Assembly (NCBI GenBank): GCA_034440595.1
Contig: JAWXCH010000361.1
Coordinates: forward strand, 1-52,301
Length of the DNA: 52,301 bases
Origin: Planctomycetota bacterium
Lineage (GTDB): Bacteria; Planctomycetota; Planctomycetia; Pirellulales; JALHPA01
Reading direction: 5' to 3'
Positions within the stretch are counted from its first letter, which is position 1; the number at the start of each line of letters is the position of its first letter. The notes under the pieces are model-generated. The model was not told the DNA's origin. It saw only the letters and a program-made list of their open reading frames with translations, and ran no database searches. Both the position numbers and the translations under genes were made by a program. This document shows positions 29,038 to 38,356 of this stretch, in pieces.

Positions 29038-29430
29038 CTACTCATTGCCCTGCTGACCCTCCCACCACTCTGGCAATCGCGGGTTAATGACCTGCCAGCC
29101 CACGCCGTGGTACGAAACCCGTCGGGCCTCTATCGTCACCAAAATCGCAGTAGTGGCCAGCGCGATCGCCAACGACACCGGCCATTGAATAACCTCAATC
29201 GCCGCTAATGTTGCGACGACGACGAACACTCCGCTCCACACCAGTTCCAACGGCCGCGACATCCGCACGATGTTACAAAACAAAAAGAAGTGGGCCACGA
29301 CAAAGGCCACACCGACGCCGATCCAAAAATGCTCGCGCATGAGCCACGCGGCCAATACGGCCCCAACGGCCAGAATCACTCCATCTACCGTGAAAAAGCG
29401 AAACCCGGGCTGAAACCGGTGGTTGTCCAT
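29038..29430 (-). CDS. Hypothetical membrane protein (about 4 TM)
   Basis: Hydrophobic 130-aa ORF; HFFLFCNIVR and YHGVGWQVINP.LPEWW look like conserved motifs; GGAGA upstream. Confidence 0.75.
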   Translation of the reverse strand: MDNHRFQPGFRFFTVDGVILAVGAVLAAWLMREHFWIGVGVAFVVAHFFLFCNIVRMSRPLELVWSGVFVVVATLAAIEVIQWPVSLAIALATTAILVTIEARRVSYHGVGWQVINPRLPEWWEGQQGNE

Positions 29431-29649
29431 GGCCTAATTTCTCCACAGTGCTGTTGAAACGGCGGTTATTCACGCAAATTTAATCGTTTCGCGAATTGCC
29501 AACTATTTGCTCCCCCTCCGCCCGGCAAATATACTGACTACCGGTGCCCGACCACCAACCACCTGCTGAACACGCTGATTCTGTTCGCCCGCGCGCACTG
29601 ACTGCGGGGGACAGAACGAACTCTGCTCATCTGAATAGGACGCTCGAAT

Positions 29650-30219
29650 ATGCAAGCTCGCCTGGTCATCGCCACCAAGGACGGAGACGTTCGCGAGGTC
29701 AACTTGACTGTACCTGCCACGCTCGGTCGAAGCCGTCAGGCTAGCGTCTCGTTGGTGCATACGCAAATCAGCCGCGTCCACTGTGAGTTGTTCGAGCGCA
29801 ACGGTGTATTGTTCGTGCGCGACTTGGACTCTACCAACGGCACATACGTCAATCAAGATCGCGTCTCTGGTGAAACCAAGATCCCGTCAGGTGCCACGCT
29901 AAAGCTAGGCGAGGTTGCCGCTAGAGTGATTTACGGCGATCAACCGGATGTCACGCTGACCACCAATATGACTGGCGACACGCTCCGCTCCGACCCTGCC
30001 GAAGACACTTTTGCCGAACTCGGTCTGCAACCGCTAGAAGAGTTGACCGAGATCGAAATGGTGGATGTTGACGAAGACCCACCAAAGGCCGCGAAAGAAA
30101 AAGCACCCGCAAAAGCCACAGCCGGCAGCGATGCCGAGGCAACCGAAAAAGACACCGCCGACGGCCTCAAGAAACAGGAAGACGATGATCTCGATGACTT
30201 CTTTAATAGCCTGATGTGA
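29650..30219 (+). CDS. FHA domain protein with acidic tail
   Basis: LGRS...ISRVHC...VRDLDSTNGTYVN motif; AGGA RBS. Confidence 0.9.
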   Translation: MQARLVIATKDGDVREVNLTVPATLGRSRQASVSLVHTQISRVHCELFERNGVLFVRDLDSTNGTYVNQDRVSGETKIPSGATLKLGEVAARVIYGDQPDVTLTTNMTGDTLRSDPAEDTFAELGLQPLEELTEIEMVDVDEDPPKAAKEKAPAKATAGSDAEATEKDTADGLKKQEDDDLDDFFNSLM

Positions 30220-30245
30220 TCAACCGGCGTGTGCCACTTCTTAGT

Positions 30246-30435
30246 GTGCCACTGGCTCCGCCAGTGTGAATGACGCTTGACGCTGAATTCGCAAACTGTG
30301 GATAACTGCGAGAAAAGCAGTAGGCACTGTCCCCGTGCCGTAACCGAATACCTACACGTCTAGAGTTAGCGATAAGCTTGCGGTAAGTCTCTGCAGCGTG
30401 CTTCAATTGAGAAGCACTGGCGGAGCCAGTGGCAC
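30246..30435. repeat. REPIN-like inverted pair of family A
   Basis: GTGCCACTGGCTCCGCCAGTG at 30246-30266 and its exact reverse complement at 30415-30435. Confidence 0.9.
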
Positions 30436-30480
30436 ACCTGATTTCTCAGATGCAAAGTCAATAGTACACTTCTCGACACC

Positions 30481-31137
30481 CTACATCCGAAACATCTCGC
30501 GAAGTGCCTGTGCCACCGCCGTGCCGTCCTTGATCGTCAGATAGATTGGCCAGCTTAACAGCAACAGCCCGCACGTCAGAAAGCTGAACCCGCGTGGGTT
30601 CGGCGACACTTCAGTCTGGCGAAGTGCAACACGCAGATCTTTTTCCAACCGTTGCCAGCCGGCAAAACTCTGTCGATCGCCGATCGATACCAACGACAGG
30701 CTGCGCATCGGCGAGTACGGCTCCAGATGGAACTGCAATCCTAGATGCGGCAGCATCAGGCTGTCCCCTGCCCAGCGGACTTCACTGTCCAACTTGGCAA
30801 CCACTTCAGCCAGGACAGGGCGAAGCTGCTCGGCACTCAGATTAAAAATCACCAGCCGCGGCCGCGACAGCAAAATGCAGAGCGTGACCGATAGCCCGTA
30901 GAAGCCGAGCATCAATAGCCAGACCCACGCCCCAAAGACGTTGACCGCCCCCTCGGGCAGCAGCAGACCCATCGGGCCAACCACCACAAAACCGGAGACC
31001 GACAGCGCCACCGCCGCACTGTTCATCGCGCCAGAAACCAGCACCGGTCGACGCAACAGGTTGATTCCTGCCAGGTACAGCATATAGAGGGCCAACGGCC
31101 CTAATGCGACCGCCAGAGGTACCGGATCCATCGCCAT
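30481..31137 (-). CDS. Hypothetical membrane protein
   Basis: Hydrophobic ORF from MAMDPVPL; the upstream part of the listed ORF (to 31368) runs through REP repeats. Confidence 0.75.
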   Translation of the reverse strand: MAMDPVPLAVALGPLALYMLYLAGINLLRRPVLVSGAMNSAAVALSVSGFVVVGPMGLLLPEGAVNVFGAWVWLLMLGFYGLSVTLCILLSRPRLVIFNLSAEQLRPVLAEVVAKLDSEVRWAGDSLMLPHLGLQFHLEPYSPMRSLSLVSIGDRQSFAGWQRLEKDLRVALRQTEVSPNPRGFSFLTCGLLLLSWPIYLTIKDGTAVAQALREMFRM

Positions 31138-31224
31138 TGGTTGTGCACTTTCAGAAACTTCTGAACTCCAGCCACTACTGAAATTCAGTGTAAGCCCGCC
31201 AGATCGGTCGGTCAATCTACATAC

Positions 31225-31546
31225 TAACCCGACGCGCCAGCGAGCGAATTCACTCGGGGCTGGGTGCCACGGCTGGCTGTACAGTTGCCTTTCACTCCGT
31301 GAAAGAGCACTTGTCGCAAGCGATAACGTAGAATCATGGTATGGCGACCGGGATCCAGAAATGATCACTCTTTCGACGGAGCGAAAGGCGACTGACGGGC
31401 GGTTCCTCTTTCGCTACCTATCGCCGGGTGCCACGGCTGGCTTGCCCAGCCGTGCGTTCGGAGCATTGCGTTTTTAACTCAACCGACGCGCAAGCGAGGA
31501 AATTCGCCGTTTGGCGCCCGCTGCGTCTCGCTGGCGCGGCGGGTTA
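31225..31546. repeat. Nested REP mosaic (B half, A' truncated by a family D pair, A', B)
   Basis: B half 31225-31244; GGGTGCCACGGCTGGCT from 31262; D pair 31283-31393; A' 31426-31454; B 31481-31546. Confidence 0.8.
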
Positions 31547-31592
31547 CGATACTTCGCTTCTGTTCCATCTCACGGAGTGAGATGGCTACATC

Positions 31593-32402
31593 CTACATCA
31601 ACCACCACTGATCCTGCGTAACCACATAAATTCCCAGCAACAGGTTGGTAATCGCGTGCGCCAGTACGCAGTCCCAAACGTTCTTGGTGCGAACGAACAT
31701 CCATGCCATCGCCCCGAACCAGACGATGGCGGCGACCGCTTCGTAAGGATGCATCAGCACCGGCACCGCAATTGCGGCAATGATGCCAACGCGATCGGCC
31801 TTGCCCAGCGGGACTTTCCACCACTCATTCGCGGCGGGGAACCGCATGATAAACCCGCGAAGAAACATCTCTTCAATAATCGGCACCAATACAGCCAGGC
31901 CGATGAATCGCACGGCCAAGAACCCCCAGGCCGCAACCGGCATGTCGGCCAGATGCAGCAGCGGATTAAAACCAGCGCGACGCCCTCCAAGATACCCATC
32001 CAGCGTTGGTGCCAGGCCACTCGCCTCTTCCACCCAGCGTTGGCCGTGTGCCAATGCAATCCACGCCACCGCACCACCGATTCCGACCAACCAGGCCAGC
32101 GGACTGATCGCGCGAAATCGTGGATAGTTCTTCCAGACCGCCGCTACGGCCAGCGCGACCAGCAGGATCTTGATCGAATAAACAATCGGGTAGTGGCCAT
32201 ACTCAATGCCAAACCAGCCAGTTGCCGCCGGCTCGCCTTTGGTCAGAGGTGGCGATGGTTCCAGCGAACCGAGCAGCATGAAAACAATGAACGGCCCTAG
32301 GTAGATAACCCACGGGTTGTTAAGCCACCCGGTACCGCGATCGGTTGGATCGGCGCTGTACCCCGAAGTCTGATTCTCGTGTTCGGCGGCGTTGTTGGCC
32401 AT
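31593..32402 (-). CDS. CAAX prenyl protease-related (CPBP/Abi) intramembrane glutamic protease
   Basis: VPIIEEMFLRGF and CVLAHAITNLLLG motifs; multiple TMs. Confidence 0.88.
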   Translation of the reverse strand: MANNAAEHENQTSGYSADPTDRGTGWLNNPWVIYLGPFIVFMLLGSLEPSPPLTKGEPAATGWFGIEYGHYPIVYSIKILLVALAVAAVWKNYPRFRAISPLAWLVGIGGAVAWIALAHGQRWVEEASGLAPTLDGYLGGRRAGFNPLLHLADMPVAAWGFLAVRFIGLAVLVPIIEEMFLRGFIMRFPAANEWWKVPLGKADRVGIIAAIAVPVLMHPYEAVAAIVWFGAMAWMFVRTKNVWDCVLAHAITNLLLGIYVVTQDQWWLM

Positions 32403-33092
32403 ATTCGAGTAATTTCCTTATTGCAGGTTCAATTTAGCTTTCGGAGCGGCTCAGGCGGCTGCGGGTGAACTTTTCGTATTAGATTTACGTAAAAATGGAG
32501 CGATTAGATTATTGCAATTTGCCGGCTGAGGCTGCTTATTATTGGTGCATTCGCACCATCGGGAAGCTTTAAAGCTAGCATTGTGCGGGTACAGTTTTGC
32601 GGTAAGTAAACGGCATTTCAGTCGTTAGCATTGGTCAGGCTAATCGATGGACTAAGTGTCGACAACATTAGGTTATAGGTTCGTGAGGGGAAAAGCGGTT
32701 GTCCGCAAGGCGAAGCAGGGCAAAAAAGCCGGAAAACTGGCCGCAACCCCTGCCGCCAGAGCATTAAATTGGCCTTTCCCAAACGGAAAATCCGAGTAGG
32801 ATAGTTAATTAGGCACTCCCACCACACGCTAGATTGGTACGCCTCGGATCGATTCAGTTCCGAATGTGAATTGCATTCGGAGCCAATATGCCGCTTGCGG
32901 TAATCGGTTAGGGTGTCGTGCGTTGCAGGCCGAAGAGTCACGTCTGCCGGATTGTTTGACTGCCAAATATCGGCCGTTAAGAGTTTCGGCAGCTAGTTTT
33001 TCGGGCATACAGATAGTCGGCTCGTTCTCGCCCTACTGCAAGGCGAAGTCATCCATTCCCCTAGTTTTTTTGATTGTTTTGAGGCTCCCCTT

Positions 33093-35195
33093 ATGGACCT
33101 GTCGAAAGTTCGGAACATCGGTATCTCGGCTCACATTGACTCGGGCAAGACTACGCTCAGCGAGCGCATCCTTTTTTATGCAGGACGCATTCACCGCATC
33201 AATGAGGTGAAGGGTGGCGGTGCCGGCGCGACCATGGACTATATGGACCTGGAGCGCGAAAAGGGAATCACTATCACCAGTGCGGCCACCAGTGTCCATT
33301 GGCAAGATGTCGATATCAATCTGATTGACACGCCGGGCCACGTGGACTTTACCGTCGAGGTCGAGCGATCGCTGCGCGTTTTGGACGGAGCAGTCCTGGT
33401 GCTTTGTGCCGTCGGTGGCGTGCAGTCGCAGTCCATGACGGTCGACCGTCAGATGAAGCGTTACCATGTGCCGCGTCTGGCGTTCATCAATAAGATGGAC
33501 CGCACCGGTGCCAATCCATTCCGCGTCGTCGAAATGGTCCGCGAAAAGCTGCATTGTGATGCTGTCTTGATGCAGCTTCCGATCGGCAAGGAAGACAAAT
33601 TCCAAGGCGTGGTCGATCTGATCACCATGAAGGCCTATTACTTTGACGGCGAAAACGGCGAAAAGGTCCGCGAGGAAGAGATTCCAGCCGACCTGAAGGA
33701 CGACGCCGCCAAGTTTCGCGCTGCCATGCTGGAAAGCCTGGCGATGTACAGCGACGAAATGATGGAGTTGATGCTCTCCGAAGAGCCGGTCCCCGATGAC
33801 CTGATCCACTCCGTTATCAAACAAGCTTCACAGACGCAGGATCTGACCCCGGTCTATATGGGTTCAGCCTACAAGAACAAAGGTGTGCAGAAGTTGCTGG
33901 ACGCCGTGGTTCGCTATTTGCCATCTCCGCTGGAACGGCAGATTTCGGCCAAGGCGCACAACAATCCTGACGAAAAGTTCCCACTGGAACCAGATCCCAA
34001 GAAGCCGCTGGTTGCCATGGCCTTTAAGGTCATGGACGATCCGCACGGCCAGTTGACCTTTACGCGCATCTATCAGGGTACGATCACTAAAGGTGAGACG
34101 TACTACAACCAACGTACCGGTCAGAAGCAACGCTTCAGCCGACTGGTGAAGATGCACTCCGACAAGCGTACCGAAATCGACAGTGCCGAAGCCGGCGACA
34201 TCGTCGCCATCATGGGCGTCGATGCCGCCAGCGGTGACACCTATTCCAGTGAGTATAAGTACTGCACGCTGGAAAACATGTTCATTCCCGAGCCGGTTAT
34301 CAAAATGGCCATTTCCCCGGTCAATCGGGACGGTGCGGACAAGCTGAGCAAGGCTCTACAACGATTTAGTCGCGAAGATCCAACTTTCCGCCTCGCCACC
34401 GACGAAGAAACCTCCGAAACGGTGATCGCCGGCATGGGCGAGCTGCACCTGGAAATTTACGTCGAACGTATTCGCCGCGAATACAAGGTCGAAGTCGAAG
34501 TCGGTGCCCCGAAGGTCAGCTACCGCGAGGCTCCGACTGCCACGGCCGAATACAACTACAAGCACCGGAAGCAAACCGGTGGTTCCGGTCAGTACGCGCA
34601 TATCGTTGGAAAATTTGAAGTGCTTCCTGAAAGCACTGAAGAAGCACCAAACGATGGCATTTACGAGTACGTGAATAAGGTTGTCCAGGGCCGTATTCCA
34701 AAGGAATTCATCCCGTCGATCGACAAAGGTTTTAAGGCCTCGCTGAGCAAGGGACCGATTGCCGGCTTCCCGATTGTTGGCGTCCGCTGCATTGTCGAAG
34801 ACGGTTCCTATCATGATGTCGATAGCTCCGACATGGCGTTCCAAATTTGCGCTCAAGGTTGTTTCCGCGAGACTTTTTTGAATGCCAAGCCGGTGTTGCT
34901 CGAACCGATCATGAAGCTGGAAGTTGAGGTTCCGACTTCGTTCCAAGGAACGGTTGCGGGCGAATTGACCAGCCGACGCGGAATGATTCTCTCAACCGAG
35001 ATGCAAGGCGCTACCGCCATCATCGAAGGAGAGGTGCCGCTTTCGGAAACGTTTGGTTACTCGACCGACTTGCGTAGCATGACGCAAGGTCAGGGAACCT
35101 TTACGATGGAATTCAGCAAGTACGCCCGCGTACCTTCCTCGATCCAGCAGGAAATCGTTGCCGACAAGAAGAAACAGCTTGTCGGTGCCAAATAA
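33093..35195 (+). CDS. fusA: Elongation factor G (spd-EFG1-like, outside the str operon)
   Basis: AHIDSGKTT, EKGITITSA, DTPGHVDF, NKMD, GMGELHLE, KQTGGSGQY, DGSYHDVDSS and LRSMTQG motifs. Confidence 0.97.
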   Translation: MDLSKVRNIGISAHIDSGKTTLSERILFYAGRIHRINEVKGGGAGATMDYMDLEREKGITITSAATSVHWQDVDINLIDTPGHVDFTVEVERSLRVLDGAVLVLCAVGGVQSQSMTVDRQMKRYHVPRLAFINKMDRTGANPFRVVEMVREKLHCDAVLMQLPIGKEDKFQGVVDLITMKAYYFDGENGEKVREEEIPADLKDDAAKFRAAMLESLAMYSDEMMELMLSEEPVPDDLIHSVIKQASQTQDLTPVYMGSAYKNKGVQKLLDAVVRYLPSPLERQISAKAHNNPDEKFPLEPDPKKPLVAMAFKVMDDPHGQLTFTRIYQGTITKGETYYNQRTGQKQRFSRLVKMHSDKRTEIDSAEAGDIVAIMGVDAASGDTYSSEYKYCTLENMFIPEPVIKMAISPVNRDGADKLSKALQRFSREDPTFRLATDEETSETVIAGMGELHLEIYVERIRREYKVEVEVGAPKVSYREAPTATAEYNYKHRKQTGGSGQYAHIVGKFEVLPESTEEAPNDGIYEYVNKVVQGRIPKEFIPSIDKGFKASLSKGPIAGFPIVGVRCIVEDGSYHDVDSSDMAFQICAQGCFRETFLNAKPVLLEPIMKLEVEVPTSFQGTVAGELTSRRGMILSTEMQGATAIIEGEVPLSETFGYSTDLRSMTQGQGTFTMEFSKYARVPSSIQQEIVADKKKQLVGAK

Positions 35196-35245
35196 GCCGG
35201 TCAGGTGGCACCTGGCATTCACTCTGCCAGCGAAACAATGATTAC

Positions 35246-35283
35246 AAAAAGAGCGAGGATCTGACGGTCCTCGCTCTTTTTTT
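35246..35283 (+). terminator. Rho-independent terminator after fusA
   Basis: AAAAAGAGCGAGGA-tctgacgg-TCCTCGCTCTTTTTTT. Confidence 0.9.
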
Positions 35284-35290
35284 GCTTGGC

Positions 35291-35445
35291 CTATCAGCCG
35301 TTACACCCATCAGCCGTTGGGCGCTAGCCCACGGTTCCTGCTGCGGTACTGATCCTACTGCCATACTCCAAACCGGTCGCTAGCGCGATTCGGCTCATTG
35401 CGTACGGCCCCTATCAGCCGTTGGGCGCTAGCCCACGGTTCCTGC
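35291..35445. repeat. REP-like family F (ATCAGCCGTTGGGCGCTAGCCCACGGTTCCTGC x2 with a degenerate inverted copy between)
   Basis: Direct copies at about 35309-35341 and 35413-35445; inverted AACCGGTCGCTAGCGCGATTCGGCTCAT at about 35371-35398. Confidence 0.8.
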
Positions 35446-35598
35446 GGCGGTACATGCTACGACGGCGAATTACTATCTACTGATCTGGCGTTCACACAGA
35501 TTCTGCTGCACGGCGTGCTCGCTTTGGCATAGAATACATCTGTGCAGAGCCACACATACTAGCGGTTCTCATCCCGATGTCCTCTGGAGGGCCATGCC

Positions 35599-36042
35599 AT
35601 GAAAGCACATAAGATTTTGTTTCCCACCGATCTGTCTCCGGACAGTAATTCGGCCCTGCCACAGGCTACAGCGCTTGCGCGTGGTGCCGGTGCGACTCTC
35701 TTGCTATTGCATATCGAAGAGCCGCCGCTGCCGTATGGGGGTGGCGAAGTCTACTACGGCACCAGCGATTTGAATCTGGAACCAGCCGAAGACATGCTGG
35801 AAAAAATCGTCCTGCCGGACCCGAGCGTTCCTTGCGTCCGTCGCGTTACCGTTGGCGATCCTGCCTCCGAAATCGTCAACGTCGCCAAGGAAGAAAACGT
35901 CGACCTGATTGTGATGTCTACTCATGGCCGCAAGGGTATCAGCCGGCTACTGATGGGCAGTGTCGCCGAACTCGTCGTCCGCAGGGCGCACTGCCCGGTC
36001 TTGACCGTCCGCCAGCCGGGTGAAGAGCCGCTGGAGATGTAG
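35599..36042 (+). CDS. Universal stress protein (UspA family)
   Basis: ILFPTDLS, GDPASEI and DLIVMSTHGRKG...LMGSVAELVVRRAHCPVLTV motifs; GGAGG RBS. Confidence 0.95.
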   Translation: MKAHKILFPTDLSPDSNSALPQATALARGAGATLLLLHIEEPPLPYGGGEVYYGTSDLNLEPAEDMLEKIVLPDPSVPCVRRVTVGDPASEIVNVAKEENVDLIVMSTHGRKGISRLLMGSVAELVVRRAHCPVLTVRQPGEEPLEM

Positions 36043-36233
36043 AGTGAAGATGTAGGGTTTGCGAAACGCACCGCGCATTCCGTTTGAGCTTGCACATCAC
36101 TTCGCATCAATATACTCACAAGCAGCTTGCAACCAATTCAGCCGGTGCGTGGAACGAACCATGAACCACGTTTGACAATATTTCACGATAAGCACCGAAG
36201 AATGTTAAACGCGCCGCAAGCCAAGTGTTTAAG

Positions 36234-36332
36234 TACGCCGAAGGCGTTCCATACCACAGCCTAGGATCGCTGCGCAGCAGCGCACCCTAGGTAGGAAAAG
36301 AGTCAAACAGTTACCGCGAAGCGGTTACACAA
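36234..36332. repeat. REP-like family C copy
   Basis: TACGCCGAAGGCGTT...CCTAGG..CGCTGCGCAGCAG...TTACCGCGAAGCGGTTACACAA, matching 4732-4821. Confidence 0.8.
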
Positions 36333-36484
36333 GCGGCTGAGTCAGATCATATCCACCCATCCGGGCATCCCTCCACCAGCTTCTGCAAACCAATGTCGAC
36401 ACCTGGCATACCGGAAAAACAACGCCTGCACCACCAACAGCGGAACCCGCCCCCCAACTGGCGCAACGTCCCTCACGGTTTCGC

Positions 36485-37011
36485 ATGTCGCTGCGGACGC
36501 TGCTGATCATCGTGGCCTCATTTGTGCTGTGGTGTCACTGCAAATGCGACTGCGAAGTACCCAGGCGGAACTATCTCGCTATGAAGCGATAGGCGCTCCG
36601 CTGAAATTAGAAGCGGATCAGTTTCGCGTGATTTCGCGAGTCGTGTTCGATAACAAGACCAGCAAAATAGCGAACTTCCGTGTCGAATCAAAAAAACCGC
36701 TCGTCGTCACTGTTACCGGGCCAACCAGCACTAACGGGAATCCTTCTAACTTCGATTCGAAAAGCGGACTCAATTACGCGGATATTACGATTCTATCTGA
36801 CCTTATACGAGGTTTATCTGATCGACATAGCTTTAAGCAACTAGTAAACGTCGGCGGAGGCCAGTCAACCAGTGAAGAATTGGTCGCAGACGACTTTTCG
36901 CTGGGTCGTAAACTAAAGATATGCGAGACCGGGAGCGTCTATAAACTCAGCGAGGCCGTAGAAATCCTGACGCTTAACGGCGATCGATATGTGCTAACGG
37001 TGAAGCCGTAG
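36485..37011 (+). pseudogene. Frameshifted membrane-anchored hypothetical protein (true start may lie upstream)
   Basis: RFRMSLRTLLIIVA in one frame continues as LICAVVSLQMRLR in the frame of ORF 36529; one extra C at 36516-36517 would join them. Confidence 0.6.
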
Positions 37012-37368
37012 CCTTTTGCCGCCTGCCTAGCCAATCTCAGCGGCCTACTAATGTCCATAAACTCCATGCTGTTTAGCCGCGTGCGTGATGCTCTCTGCAC
37101 CTCGTTTTGCCTATTTTCCTCGGCATTTTCGCACAAAATGGGATTTTAGTGTCCCCACGTCACGTGCCTCAAAACCCACTTCTAACATCAGGCAAAGTTG
37201 ATGCAAATCGAGAAAATCGAATTTTCTGAGAATTATTGAGAAACTTCAGACCAGACGCTAGACGCGGACCTCAGACACCTATACACTCGCACCTATCGGG
37301 TGGGACTGTGCAGATTACGGTGCCCGATCCAGATTTCCTCATTAGGCCCGCAAAGGGAAGAAACGCCA

Positions 37369-38046
37369 ATGATTAAACGACACCTAGGACTTTTTGCCGT
37401 GCTTGCCATCTTGGCGGTCGGCACTGTCGCTCAGGGGGCAACCCTGACGCACGGTCCGACGGCCTTCGGATCCTTTTCGGCTGGAACCGGCGGCATCTTC
37501 AATATCCCGCAGTTCGATCCAATCTTGGGAACGCTGACCCAGGTCGATCTGAGCATCATCGGCAATTCCGTCGGCGGCAGCAACGGATTGCAAAACTTGT
37601 CGGGGAATGCCGGCACTGCGTCGGTGTCGATCGGCACCAACATCACCGTCGGCGGACCTTCATCGTTGGCCGCATTGGCTTTTCCTGCCAGTAGCAACAG
37701 CGGTCCGGTCGCTGCGTATGGTGGTGTTCCTGATTTTACTTACTCGGGGCCTGATTCGATTAAAGTTATCGGTTCTCCTGCCACCGACAGTGACAGCGAT
37801 TCGATCTTTGCGTCGCTCGGTCCCTACATCGGTGTGGGTAGTGTCGTTTTCAACTATTCAAGCGCATCGAACAATTCTTCGACTGCCACCTTCTCACCAA
37901 CATCATCGGGCACGACTCCTGCCGACTTTGACTTCGAGGCAACCGTGACCTACCACTACGATCTGGTTCCAGAACCTAGCACCTTTGTGCTGCTGGGCCT
38001 GGGCGCGGTTGGTATGATCGCATTTGCCCGCCGCCGTATGGCCTAG
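37369..38046 (+). CDS. PEP-CTERM sorting-domain protein (choice-of-anchor E-like)
   Basis: Signal peptide; IPQFDPILGTLTQV; Ser/Gly/Thr-rich body; C-terminal VPEPSTFVLLGLGAVGMIAFARRR. Confidence 0.92.
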   Translation: MIKRHLGLFAVLAILAVGTVAQGATLTHGPTAFGSFSAGTGGIFNIPQFDPILGTLTQVDLSIIGNSVGGSNGLQNLSGNAGTASVSIGTNITVGGPSSLAALAFPASSNSGPVAAYGGVPDFTYSGPDSIKVIGSPATDSDSDSIFASLGPYIGVGSVVFNYSSASNNSSTATFSPTSSGTTPADFDFEATVTYHYDLVPEPSTFVLLGLGAVGMIAFARRRMA

Positions 38047-38074
38047 TTTGCCAGTCGGTTAATACTGAAAGTTC

Positions 38075-38110
38075 AAAGCGGGCCACCCTCACCGGTGGCC
38101 CGCTTTTTTT
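38075..38110 (+). terminator. Rho-independent terminator after the PEP-CTERM gene
   Basis: AAAGCGGGCCACC-ctcacc-GGTGGCCCGCTTTTTTT. Confidence 0.9.
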
Positions 38111-38356
38111 GTTATTGCATTGCCAGCGCATCAGGGCGGGTCGAACGGTGTTTTCACCGCTAAGGACACGAAGGGACGCAAAGGATAAGGAGTAGCGGGT
38201 TTTACGGCGCTCTGCTGAGTTTGTCTCGATGCACCCAGTGCGTTACACTGCCATGGAGCAGGCTCGAAGCCAGCGGGCATTCTTGGCGAACGGTGTCATG
38301 GCTTCGTCAAACGGCAGTGTATTGGGCAATTCTTTCTCGAGGAGCGAGCGTCCTGT

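Noticed and set aside
31138-31368. N-terminal extension of ORF 30481..31368
   Set aside because: Runs through REP palindromes; the protein-like sequence begins at MAMDP (31137)
33033-33824. Long antisense ORFs (263 aa opposite fusA; similar ones opposite vgrG, tssK, purA)
   Set aside because: Shadow ORFs expected from codon bias in GC-rich genes; no motifs
35291-35445. CRISPR-like direct repeats
   Set aside because: Only two full copies with an inverted copy between and no cas genes; fits a REP/BIME
36052-36162. GTAG-type REP pair after the usp gene
   Set aside because: Only a degenerate inverted match (CGCACCG/CGGTGCG) and no second copy in the window
37185-37240. c-di-GMP-I riboswitch (GGCAAA seed)
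   Set aside because: Lacks the following GNRA hairpin and GACGCAAAG / P2 elements
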